Assembly (NCBI RefSeq): GCF_009914755.1
Contig: NC_060932.1
DNA from: the human T2T-CHM13v2.0 reference genome, Homo sapiens
Length of the DNA stretch: 64,000 nt
Direction: 5' to 3' (one strand)
Positions within the stretch are counted from its first letter, which is position 1; every line of letters starts with the position of its first letter. Shown here piece after piece: positions 27,696-54,080 of this stretch. The notes under the pieces were generated by a model that saw only the letters and a list, made by a program, of their open reading frames with translations, ran no database searches and was not told the origin of the DNA. The position numbers and the translations under genes were made by a program.

Positions 27696-28067
27696 TTAAG
27701 CACATTTTCCTGTATTTCCTGTTTACTAGGCAATTAGAAGCGAATATTGGTCTTTTTGGCAGTAGCTCATCTGTGTTAATGAGTATTTGTTTCCTTTTGT
27801 GTCATCCTCATCAGAACTATTCCACTTTGCTGGAGTAAACAGCAAATCAAATGATAAAACATAATAAAAACAATTTTTAAACCCACTATTTCCTTCACAA
27901 GTAGAAGTTTTCCTAGTTTCTATAATAATAAAAAACTAAAATGGTGGGAAAATAATTGATTACATCTGTTTTCTGCCTTAGAGTTTAAGAATAATTTCTC
28001 CATCTTTGTCATTTTCAACCCTCACTAAACATCTCCTATGGGTGCTTGGAGTTAAAAATCACAATAA

Positions 28068-34245
<6,178 letters not shown>

Positions 34246-36756
34246 CCATTAATTTCTGCTCTCAGGAAGATGTAACAGACATACTTTTCCCCATTTCTAC
34301 TACTAAGTACATTCAAAAATTCTGGACATTACATATAAAACAAACATAAGATGACTCTAAAAGACAGAAAGAATAAGGAAGGTTGGCTAGGAATCTCAGA
34401 ACACAAGGAAAGACACAGTGATAAGTTCCCAGCATTTTTGTTTTGCCTCATCTATTCCAGACTTACAGCTGAAGAAGCCATCAACCTAGAAATGCAACAA
34501 GCTCAAACAAAAATAAAAACATCAAAAATCCACTCTGTCTCATCAAAGCACCAGGAAAGGGGCATCCTAGCAAGACAGAAAACTTTCAGACAATTACTGC
34601 TTTACTCTAGAAAAACACTACAAAAATAAACCTAGCAAATTAAGAACCTAGCAAATAAATTAAAAAGTACCCCCCCACCTATGGCAGCAAAGACCAAGCA
34701 AGGGGCCTAGATTTTTCCCCTCACTCCCTCACCTGGCTGTATCAAGGCACCCCAATCTTTCAACAAACCTAGGGCAACCACTGACAATGCTGTAAAAGAT
34801 CTACACTCAAAAACATATACATAAATCAAAATGGCATACTAAAATATGTGCAAATCACCCACAGGGAAAAGAAAAAAGGAGAAAAAGAAAGCAGAGAGAA
34901 TGAAGAAAAAAACATAAACTAATAAGCTTAAGTTTTAACATAGCAATAATTCAATTAAATGTAACGGTCTAAATACTAATTGTAGGACAGGGATTCATAG
35001 AGTAGATTAAATATATATATAGCCCAAATATATGCTCTCCACAAGAAACTCAATTCAAATATAACAAGACACACAGGTGGAAAGCAAAAGGATGGAAAAA
35101 GGTATATCATGTACATATTAATAAAAAGAAAACAGGCATAAAGTATAGTCAGATAAAGAAGACTTCAGAGCAAAAAAATTACGAAAGACCGAAGACAGAG
35201 AAGAGCATTATATGATGACAAAAGGGTTAAAGAACCACGAGGCTATAGCAATCTTAAATGGTTGTGTGCCAAACATTAGTGCTCCAAAAAACTATGAAGC
35301 AAAAACTGATAGACTTGAAAGGAGAAATAAATAAATCCAAAATTATAGTTGAACACTTCAAAACCTCTCTCTCAGCCACTGATAGAACTAAAGAGAAAAA
35401 TCACAAAGGATACTGAGGAGCTCAGTACTGTCATCAACGAACAGCAGTAATCAACATGTATGAAATACTCTACCCAACACCAACAGAATACACATTCTTT
35501 TCAAGTGTCCATGAATAATATATCAAAAGAAGATTATATCCTAAACCACAAAACAAATCTCAACAAATATAAAAGAACTAAAATCATATGGAATGTTTCC
35601 TCCAATCACAATAGAATAAAACTAGAAATCAGTACTAGAAAGATAATATGAAAACCTCCAGACACTTGGAAACTAAACAACACACTTCTAAATAATCCAT
35701 GGGTCAAAGAAGTAGTCTCAAGGGAAATTTAAAAATGCACTGAATTGAATGGAAGTAAAAATGCAACATATCAAACTTTGTGGAACACAGTAAAAGTGGT
35801 GCTGAAAGGAATTTTAGATGACTAAATGCATAGTTTAGGAAAAAAGGAGACATCACAAATCAATAAACTAAGCTCCCAACATGAAGAACTTAGAGAAAAA
35901 AAAGAGAGCAAAATAAACCCAAAGCAAGTAGAAGGCAGGAAATAGTAAAGAGCAGAAATCAGTAAAATTGAAAACAGAATAACAATAGTAAAATAAATTA
36001 AAGACATGTTTCTTCAAAAAAGATCAATAAAATTCTGAAACCTTTAGCAGCATTGACAGAGAAAGAGATAAATACAAATGTGCAATATAAGGAGTTAAAA
36101 TGGGGATCTCACTGCAAATACTACAGATATCAAAATAACATGGGAATGCTACAAAACAATTCTAAACACATAAATCTGGCAACTTAGATAAAATGTACCA
36201 ATTCATTGAAAAATACTGACCACAAGAACTCTTCCAACATGAAATAAATAACTTGTATAGCTCCATAACTACTAAAAAAATTGAATTCATAATTTTAATA
36301 TTTTAAAAAAAGAAATTATTCAGGCCCAGATGGTTTCACTGGAATATTCTACCAAATAATTTTAAAAGGCTTAACAAAAATTTAACACAATCTCTTCCAG
36401 AAAATAGAAGAGAGAAGAACACCTTCAAATTCATTGTATGAAGTCAGTACTACTCTGATACTAAAGCCAGCAAAGACAATAAAAATATTTCATAACCAAG
36501 TGGAACTTATTCTGGAATTCAAGGCTAGTTACACATTGGAAAATCAATCAATATTATCTGCATTGACAGGCTAACAGAGAAAAGTCATATGACTATATCA
36601 ATCATGCTCCAAAAAAACCTTTGACAACATTCAACACTAATTCAGATAAAAACTGTCACAAAAATAGGAATAGAGGGGAACTTTCTCAATTGAATAAAGT
36701 GCATCCACAAAAATCATGCAGCTAACGCCACTAATGGTAATATACTGAATGCTTTC

Positions 36757-37381
36757 TGTAGAAAAACAGCCTGTTGCATGGCAAGATTGATGCCATCTTG
36801 AAGCAAAACCACTATGATGATCAATGTTTGATTCCTGTGTACCAAGGTATTCCACAGCAAAGTCTTAAACATTGCCTGTGGGAGAGAGGGAGGGAGGCAA
36901 GGACTGAAAAACTACCTATTGGGTACTATGCTCACTATCTGGTTGACAGTTTCAGTAATACGCCAAACTCAGCATCATGCAATATAACTTTGTAACAAAC
37001 CTGCCCATGTACCTGTGATTCTAAAATCAAAGTTGAAAAAGAAAAAAGAAATTTACAAAGATGCAAGCTGGAAAAAAAAAGTCTATGGCATAGGTAACTC
37101 CTCTTAAAGGTGTTTATCTAACCTTCCTCGTGGTCATGGGTTTCAACAAAAAAAGTCTGAGACATGACCAGCTGCACCTGTTTTTATCTTAAAAGCTTGC
37201 TATATAAAGAATATATTCTAGAAAGCAGATGTGGGGATCCACCATCTCATGGTTGCAATGTTTGTAAGTTCCTATTAAATATTTCTTCCTGAAAAACTGG
37301 ATTTGTCAGCTTCTTTCTCCAGCCTCTCAGCACCCTCAACCTTTGAGGGTAGTTTTGCATATACCTGCCCACTGAGGAACA
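36757..37381 (+). mobile_element. LTR47B-like solo LTR nested in L1M and itself interrupted by an L1 3' fragment
   Basis: TGTAGAAAAACAGCCTGTTGCATGGCAAG...GCCATCTTGAAGC...AAAAGCTTGCTATATAAAG...GGATTTGTCAGC...GAGGAACA. Confidence 0.75.
36882..37080 (+). mobile_element. 5'-truncated L1PA16/17-like 3' end
   Basis: GCAAGGACTGAAAAACTACCTATTGGGTACTATGCTCAC...GTAACAAACCTGC...CTAAAATCAAAGTTGAAAAA. Confidence 0.82.
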
Positions 37382-39207
37382 CCTCTCTAAGATAAGAAAC
37401 AGACAAGGATATCTGCTTTCACTACTCTTATTCATAGTGCTGTAAGTTATAGCCAGTGCAATGAGACAAGAAAAGGTAATAAAATGCATATATATCAGAA
37501 GATAAAAAATAATATTGCTTCTATTTGCAAATGGCATAATTGTCTACATAGAAACCCCCAAGGAATCCAATTTTTTAATTCCTAAAATTAACATTATTTC
37601 AACAATGTGGCAGGATATAAGATAAACATACAAAAATTAGTTTTATTTGTATACATTAGCAATGAAAACATAAAAACCAAAATTAAAATACAATACCATT
37701 CATAATTGCTTAAAAAGTAAGATACTTAAATGTAAATCTATCAAAACATGTATATGACTTGTATGCTGAAAACTATAAAATGCTAGTGAAATAAAACAAG
37801 GAAGATCTAAGTAAATGGAGATACAGCCATGTTTATGTATTGAAAGACAACATAGTAAAGACGAATTTCTCCTCAAAAGATCCATGAAATTTCTATCACT
37901 ATCATTTCGAGATGTTTTATAGATATAAAGATTATTACATATGATTTATATAGAGGTCAAGGGAATTAGAATTCTTAAAACAATTTTTAAAAAGAACAAA
38001 GTAGGATAAATCAGCCTATCTGATTTGAAGACTTATAGAGCAAAAGTAATCAAGATTCTGTGGTATTAGCAGAAGGATGGACACATAGATGACTGAAACA
38101 GAATAGAGAACCCAGAAATAAACCTGTACAAATGAGTCCAACTGATTTTTGGCAGAGATGCAAAGGCAATTCAATGAAGGAAATAAGTCTTTTCCACAAA
38201 TAAGACAGTGGAATTCATAAGCAAAAACAAACAAAAAAATAACATCAAACTAAGTTTCATACTTTATAGTTTTGCAAGATACTACCTTTGAGGGAAGAAG
38301 ACACCTGGGGGTAGAAGACACACAGGGTCTTGGTACTATTTTTTAATAAAAACATTTGAGTTTACAATGATCTCAAAATTAAAAATGTTGATTAAACAAA
38401 TGACCTGTACATGTGTCAAGTGGAGGAAACAGAAGGGTAAACAAACATTTATAGCACAATGTGGTATGTGTAATGATTGACATATAAATAAAATTCCTTT
38501 AGGAGAACAGCATTATCACCAAGAATGTTATTAAACACCTTCCAAAGAGCTGAGATTTGAGCTAAGTCTTGAAAGAAGGGGGAAGCTTACCAGCTTTCTT
38601 TTTATTCTTATAATCCTATGAGATAGAGGTTATTATCCCTCCTTGAGAGAAGGCTTAATAATGTTAAATCAATGACCCCATGCAACAGTTTCCAATTGCA
38701 ATTTCATTCACTTTACATTTTTATCATAGTGTTATCAAAATACTGTGTAATAGAATCAAAATGCTGAAGAAGTAATAAATTACAAAAAAATTATTCAAAG
38801 GGACATTCATCTATTCAGGCATTTAGTAAGCATTAACATATTCCTGATGTATTGGCACGCAGGTAGGTGTTAAAGATTAGATAAAATCATACAACTCAAA
38901 AAGGGAAAGGGAATCATTCAGTAGCGACCATGTTTTATAGCCAATGATTCTCAAATTTCTTCCTGCATAAGAAACTCTTATTAGTAACATCCCTTAATGC
39001 ATGCAATGATTTTAGGGAGTGAGAAAGAGGCAGATAAACAAATTCAGGATCTTGTGAGGAGAGGAAACATGCATTTTGTTTATTAAAGTACCCTCTTCCC
39101 CAGTAATTTAGGGTGCCCTCATAAGGGAGTTACAATCCCTCCAACAAAATATAAAATACTGTGAAAGTCATTTTATATTCTTCAAAATATTTCTTTTAGT
39201 CTACTAA

Positions 39208-39612
39208 AGGATTTCTCAATCTTGGCCTTATTGACACTTAAGCCAGATAAATCTTTGTAATAGAGAGGTGTCCTGTGTACCATAGGGTATTTAGCAGCAT
39301 CCCTGGCTTCTGTCTACTAGATGCAAGTAGCACCCCTCTACCTAGCTGGGACAATCAAAGAATGTCTCCAGGATTACCAAATGTAGCCCAAGGGAATGCA
39401 AAATTACCCCCAGTGGAAAAATTAGCTGGATGTGGTGGTACGTGCCTGTGATCCTTGCTACTCAGGAGGCTAAGGTGAGAGAATCACCTGAACCCAGGAA
39501 AAGGAGGTTGCAGTGAGCTGAGATTGTGCCACTGCACTCCGGCCTGGGCGACACAGTGAGACGTCGTCTCAAAAAAACAAAAAAAATAATTACCCCCAAT
39601 TGAGAACCACTG
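39208..39612. mobile_element. MER20 DNA transposon interrupted by a truncated Alu
   Basis: TTTAGCAGCATCCCTGGCTTCTGTCTACTAGATGC...AATGTCTCCAG...TTGAGAACCACTG. Confidence 0.8.
39417..39587 (+). mobile_element. 5'-truncated Alu (right monomer)
   Basis: AAAAATTAGCTGGATGTGGTGG...CACTGCACTCCGGCCTGGGCGAC plus tail; TSD core AATTACCCCCA on both sides. Confidence 0.9.
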
Positions 39613-39906
39613 GTCAAGCAGTGTTGTTGCCATTCTGCAAATGAGGACTGACGTTTGGAGAAGTTGAATAGACTGTCAAAATTCACACAACTATTAATTG
39701 ATGGAGCCAGGTATAGAATATAGGTCACCTTGATTCCAAAGAACAAGTTTTCTCTACTACATCTAGCTTCTTACGAAGAGTTCACATCCTAGAGGGAAAG
39801 TCACAGCTGTAAACCAAAATTATGAAATAATGTGACTGGGGCTGTAACTAAAGAGTCATCAGAAGGCTCTAGAGTCAAAAGGCTGGGGTAGACAAGAAAC
39901 AGTATG

Positions 39907-40514
39907 TGTATTCATTTTCTATTCCCACAGAACAAACCACCACAAACTGAGTCACTAAAACAACACAGATTTATTATCTCACAGATTCCTTGGGTCAGGA
40001 GTCTGGGTATGGGTTAGCCAGGTCCTCCAGGTCTCACTAGGCTAAAATCAAAATGTTTCCCAAGGATGTGATTTCATCTGAAATTCAAGATCCCTTCAAA
40101 GCTCACTGGTTATTGAAAGAATTCATTTGCTTGAAGTTATACGACCAAGATCCCTGTTTTCTTGCTGGCTGTCAGTCAGGGACCATTCTCACGTTCTTGC
40201 CATGTGGACTTCTCATCTTAAAACATAGTAACTGACTTTTTCAACTCCAGCAAGAGAATCTGTTGTTACCTTTTGTCTCTTTTACCAGCCCACCTGGTTA
40301 AGTCAGACCCACTCAGGATATTCTCCCTTTGAGAAATTCAAAATCAACTGATTAGTTGAACTTAATTACACCTACAAAACCCATTTTACCATATAACATA
40401 ACATAATTATGGGAAAGAAATCCCATCATACTTGCAAGTCCCACTGCATTCAAGAGGATGGGATTGTATAAGGGCATAGGTCAACAGCAGTCATTTTGGA
40501 ATTTTGCCTACAAC
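39907..40514 (-). mobile_element. MLT1 (D/E-like) MaLR LTR
   Basis: TGTATT...CCACAAACTGAGTCACTAAAACAACACAGATTTATTATCTCACAG...AATTTTGCCTACAACA. Confidence 0.72.
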
Positions 40515-40637
40515 AATAGGTAGTTCTTAATACACGAGCTCATGTTCTTCCTAGATTCCCAGATGACCCCTGTAGTGCCTGACTTGGCATCTGCCCTCTT
40601 CATCATATGCCTGATTGCCCCCAGAAATACTCTCCCA

Positions 40638-41028
<391 letters not shown>

Positions 41029-41547
41029 CTAGTGCATATTTGAACCTTCCTTTTAAAACTTGGCTTCACTCTAACATGTTCCTCTGACCCCTAGACATAA
41101 AAGCAATCCCTGTCCACTATGAGACGTGATGCTTAAATACATTGTTACACTGTTAGACAATTTTGCATGAGTCATGTTAACTCACATGGTTTTATATACT
41201 GATAATCTAATGAAGTGGGCTTGTCCCCATTTTTTTAAATAAGAAAATTTAGGATCAGCATGATTAAGCAGCTTTCCCAATGTTCTACAGCTCAAGGAAG
41301 TGACAGAGTCACAAATTCACATGGCTCCAAGTTCATGCTTCTTCCAGGGCCCATTTCCCTCCATTTTATGGAGGGCAGTAGGGGAGCAGTGGTTGAGAAA
41401 TTTATACTTCTCTTGCTCTGTCGCCAAGTGGCACCTCCTCCCGTCAGCACTTCCCTGCTCAACTGCCACAACCATCTGAATAAATCTCATTTTGACTCTT
41501 TTTCTAATTGATACTTTTATTCAAATCTCGTCACCCCAATCTTCTAA

Positions 41548-41890
<343 letters not shown>

Positions 41891-42377
41891 TAGAACGGAA
41901 ACCATCTTCTTTATAGACCCAGCAGTGCCTACTCAGCCTTGCATAAATGACAATGCTTAAGAATTATTTGTATACATGGAAAATTAATTCCCTTATAACC
42001 CAATTAAATACTACTATTCAGAAAAGATCCATAAACTTGGAAAAGGCAAGGGATGTGTGCATAAAACATCCTTTCCACTCTGCTGGCATCCCCGGCACTT
42101 CCTTACACTTGCTAACTCTCTACAAGAAGCTGTAGATCAGTTCTGCTCTATTTCCACTACCTGCAGACTAGATATGGAACTTCATGCTCTGGTGTCTTTA
42201 ATAATGTTTTATTATATCAAAAAAAGCTCTAGCTTTCCATTGACATTTCTATAAAGGAGTCTTTAATAGAAATGGGCTGTAAAGGGGCCTAACATTGACT
42301 CAGATGTACAAATAAACCTATACCAAGGTCTGGTATTTAGTTGTAGGGAGAAAGGGTGGGAGATTTAAAAATCATAT

Positions 42378-43190
42378 ATTTATTAACAGATATTTTTTGA
42401 ACTCTGAAAATGTGCCACTCTGCTAGGTACAGGAACTAATCACAGCTCAGAGGAGTTTACAGTCAGCAGACGTGGACAAAGACAGAGGGAATGGAATGCA
42501 GCGTGAGGAGCTCTATGAAGGAAGGGAAGGCAGGGTGCATGGGAGGATCTGATAACTCAGTTCTGGCTTGGAGTTAAGGGTGCCAGTCATGGAAGACTTT
42601 CCAGTGATAATTCTATCTCAGCTAAGCCTTAAAAGAGAGATAGGATTTAGCCAAGGCAAGAAGCTAAAATGAGTGTTCCATTCAAAAAGAAGAGCATGGA
42701 CCCAGAATGCAAGGTGGAGAGTGCTAACACTGGAGGCTCTCTCAGATCTGGGAAGAGTTTTGGAGGCCGGATAAAAAGAACTTGGATCTTCTTTATCCAT
42801 GGAGCAGCAGGAAAACATTAAAATACTTCAGGAAGGGAAGTGGCTTAACCATATCATCGTGGCTACAGAATAGAGAAGGATTGGAGTGGAACAAGCCTGG
42901 AAGTCAAGAAGGAAATCTGGGACACAGTGGTAATTATCCAAGCGAGAGATGAAGACAAAGCAGTGATAGAGAAATTTGAGCAACTTTAGGATTAGTCAGT
43001 CTCGGCAATCAACTGGATATGGGGGGAGAAGGAGGGAAATATATTAAGAATGACACTAGGGCTCTGGCACAGTCACCTGGGAGGACATTGGTGCTACTCA
43101 TTCATTGTTTTGGGGAAACCAGGAGGAGACACAGATTTAGGAGCTATGCAGGTCAATATTGTATATACTGCATTGAATATGTTGCATTTT
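42378..43190 (-). mobile_element. L2 LINE relic
   Basis: Begins with TTTATT...TGTGCC...CTGCTAGGTACAGG and continues with purine-rich L2-type text (AATCAACTGGATATGGGGGG...AAGAATGAC); limits approximate. Confidence 0.55.
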
Positions 43191-46100
43191 AGGACCTGAT
43201 TCATGTAAACAAAGGTGATGGCAATAACAACAATACAGGAATCCTTCTTTTTCCTTGCAAAGGTATTCCAGGACAGATTTTATAGCTAGGGTACCATCTA
43301 CCCCACTGCCGAGGTCCCCATTTTCCTAATTGTTTAATGTGACTTAATGTTAAATGTACGTGGGTTCAAAAGCCCTTACCTCTCAACCAAAATGTGAAAT
43401 CAAAGCACGGCATGAATTAAGTGTGTCTGTCTGCACAGATGTTGTGCCCACCACATCAAAGGCATTTCGCACTTGCCATAGGGGATGGCTTCATGACCTT
43501 GGAAATAAATTTGAAATGTATGGGCTCCCTGAAACCACAGAGTCAACCGAATATGACTTGAATTATGGTAATGCATTATATTCACCAAGGAAAAAACCCA
43601 GTGCAAATTGCTGAATTTGAGGGTTTTTAACAAAAGGAATAAGAGACCCACAACCAAAATTATTGGATGACAAAACAGATCATTTTCAAATCCTCAGTTA
43701 GCAAACCATATCTATATACATATATTGGTCTACAAAAATGTTCACTCAGGCCATAATATTTTTTACTAGCTTTCCTCACATTTACCAATACCAGTCACAC
43801 CTCATACCCACACTTTCCTACAGAAATAACAGTTGTGAAAAATGCTTTGAACACTATAATGCACTGTATCGAACTAAGGTTGCCAATAACATAAACCGAA
43901 GACCATACCTAATTGTTGGTAGCCAACATAGTAGAGTGAACAAACAAACAACAACAACAACAAAAACCACTAGCTGGCCAGCTGGTCTCATTTCTTGTTA
44001 ATATGGTATAGTTAATTACTTACAATGTTCCATTTTGTTTTCCTTTCTGCCATGGTTTTTGGGAGCTAAGAAATGTATTGGAACACCAAGTAAATAATCC
44101 CATCCACTCACAAAAATTATCTGCAAAATTCTGTCTTCTACACAGAAATTATATCCATTCCTATGATTACTTTTTAGGAACTATTTGCATATTTACATGA
44201 TTTCCATGAATGAGAAATCCTGTAAATATTTCTGCCCTCTGATCGAATTATGATTTCGGGCCTCACATAACTTTTTAAATGACAACCACTATTTATGCAT
44301 GCCATACTGTGTGACGGACACCATGCCTAGTATCCATGTGCATTACCTTGTTTAATCCCTAAGACAATATTTAGTAAATATTACTTTCATTTTCTAGATG
44401 AGAAAACTGAAGCATATAGAGGCTTAGCCTCACATCACACAGCTAGCAAGAAGAAAAGCTGTGACTTACTGTTATTGTAGATTTTATGTCTCAATAACAG
44501 TAACACTTAGTAAATGATATTTTTATAAATGAAGATTAAATATACTAGTATTGTCCATCAGATCAGTTTGTCAAACATTCTTCAAAATGCTGCCCGTAGA
44601 AGGGTTAGCTAATTCACTATACACACAAACAGCCCACAGTCAGTCAATTGAAACATGGGCAAATGTTAAATATGTAAACAAAATGCTAAGCCCACCTACT
44701 TGCTTTAACCTCTGAGTCAATCCTTAAGCTCTAAATTTTTAAAGATGCACATCCTACATAAGAGAAGATTAAATAACAATAATAATCATATCGGCTCTCC
44801 TTTAAAGAACGTCTAGCTATACAACGGGTAAAGTTGAATGCTTTACCCATATTATAATTTTTAATCTTTATGAGTCTGTGAAGAAGCTATTATTATCCCT
44901 ATTCTGAAGAAAAGAAAAGTTTGGCTCAATATGAGTATGTAGGTTGCATGAAGGTGTTCAGCCAATGAGAAGAAATGGGCCTAGGACTTGAAGTAGAGAT
45001 TTCTTATTCCTACTCTGCTTGCAGACCTTATGTCCATGAAACCTGATAACATAGTGTGCCCCCACAAAACATTTTATAAAGCTCAGGTACTTCCCTGAGA
45101 CGTTGTTGAAAACCCTGGGTAACTGAACGTCCATTTTATGTCTTCCATGTGTTAGCAACACTATAAAAGTTAAATTCATTGGCATCTGTAATATAAGAAC
45201 TAATGGGATCAGTATTCTTTGAAAATTATGCTTTTTTCCAAATGTCACCTTATGTTCCACACATATTTTCAAAAATGAATGTTCAGGTTTTAAAGAGGGA
45301 CTAAACAAAATTGACAATGTAATTTTATCCAGGTATAAAAAGAAAAAAACACACACACAATCTCTTGCCTTATGGGTTACTCCACCAGTCAGGCCGTGAT
45401 AATAATTTACTATTCTGGAATATAGTTATTCTTCCAATTTTGACATAACTGCCATGTTATTTCACTCACATATTCTTCTGTCTGTCCCAGTAGCCAGGGG
45501 CCATTTTTCATGCCGTTCATTTGCATCAGAAATTACAGGTTTTGATACCACTGCCACAGCCTGTGTTTTAACTTTGAAATATATTGTAGCTAAACCTCTA
45601 ATGTGGCTAATCTAGTTCATGATTCAATATGACTGCAGTTATGGTTCCCTGAAAGGGCTGCCGCTGACAAAAATGCCACCCTGTGCCATGCTCAGGAACT
45701 CCTTAGGGCTCAGCTCCCAGCTCAGGTTGAAAGAGGTCCCTAAGTAAATAGCTGTCTGAGCCTCTTCCTATCCAGGTCAGGTCACCAATTTATTCTGCGA
45801 CCTTGGCACCATTGAGCCTCCTCTCCATGTCTCTCTTTTTTTTTTTATGACCATAAATTAGAAAGGCACAAACACAGCTTTCTTAATTTCTTCCTCCTTT
45901 CTGCCTTTTGGGCTCCTGGAGATGTGATGAGATCTTTCCAAGGGCTCTGATGGGGCAGGCACTGACAGTCTTCTCACCATCAGCTCCAGCAAAGGGCCAG
46001 GGCTTTCTTGGATGCTCACAGAGTGCATCTCAGTCATCCAACAGGATGGGTGGAAGCAGAAACTGCCCGAGATGGGGAGAGTCACAGGCTTCCAAGTTGG

Positions 46101-46434
46101 AAGGACCTTGGAGATTATCAGTGTGCTTCCCATTTTCCAGAGGCACAAAGACTTAAGTGAACTCAGGGTCACCCAGTGTGTTCCCAATTAGTTCACCATT
46201 GAATCCCTTCATTCAGCAAACATCTATGGAGCACTTAATGTGTCCAAGATAAGACTAGAGATCAGATGTTGTCCTGCCCTCAGGATAGCACCATCTAGCA
46301 GAGGGGTTAGGTCAAGAAGGAAGGGCAATAAAATGTTAAGAGGCAGTGTGGCCACAGATACTGGTTAGTCCAGGAAAATCTCAGTTTATCATCAGTAGCA
46401 GTAGCATGCCCTTCCACTCTCAAAAGCGTCTTGG

Positions 46435-47158
<724 letters not shown>

Positions 47159-47680
47159 GCTAGAATTTTATTTAGGTTAACTCTAGTAAACATTGCATAA
47201 TTATTGTTCCATGAGTGGGGGGGTGGGCGGTTCATTCATTCTCAATGAGTTTTGTCAGTTGTCTTTGAGAACAAATGAGGTAAGCCCCTTCAGGCAGACT
47301 TAAAAGGAAAGAGGGTCCCAAACTGACTGGACCCAGTCTGATACTTGGGTTTGGCTGCTGGGCATAGTCACATAGCTGGTTTGCAACAGAGTCAAGCAGT
47401 AAATCTAGCTGCCTTGACTCCTTGCCCAGTGCTCTTATTATGATGCTCCATCCAACTGACTGCCTGGATGAGTTTTTGTAACTGAGTGGACCTCACCTAA
47501 TAACATACCCTGCAACCTCTAGCCTATGCCTCTTACTCACTGGTTCTGCTATCTGCCCCCTGTAAGTCTCCCAACAATCGTCCCCAACCAGGGTATAAAT
47601 TATAAGGATACAAAGAGAACTCACTATAAAAGAACCTATCCTGATATTTTCCTTCAAATGTTACATTAGAAAAAATTTCT

Positions 47681-53815
<6,135 letters not shown>

Positions 53816-53834
53816 AAAAAATTTCTAACAGCAG

Positions 53835-54080
53835 CCAATAAAAGAGCTGTCATTTCCTAAGGACATGTTTCAGGCACTGGGTTAGATATTTTATGTGCAT
53901 TACTGTAAGCCTCAGGATTTTTCAACACGGTAATACTATTGTACCATTTTACAGAAGAGAAAACAGAGGTTCTGAGAATTATTATATTTAACTTGCCTAT
54001 TGACACACAACTGGTAAACGGCAGAGTCAGGACTCAAACCCAGGTCTACCTTATCTCAAACTGTCTCCCTTTCCACTACA
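53835..54080 (-). mobile_element. MIR SINE relic
   Basis: CCATTTTACAGAAGAGAAAACAGAGGTTCTGAG...GGACTCAAACCCAGGTCT. Confidence 0.7.

Larger units (their letters stand above)
34252..38280 (+). mobile_element. Ancient L1M (L1MC/MD-like) fragments: 5' region and degraded ORF2
   Basis: Degenerate L1 ORF2 motifs (CAGGCCCAGATGGTTTCACTGG, NHKTNLNKYKRTKII, CTATTTGCAAATGGCATAATTG); subfamily uncertain. Confidence 0.75.
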
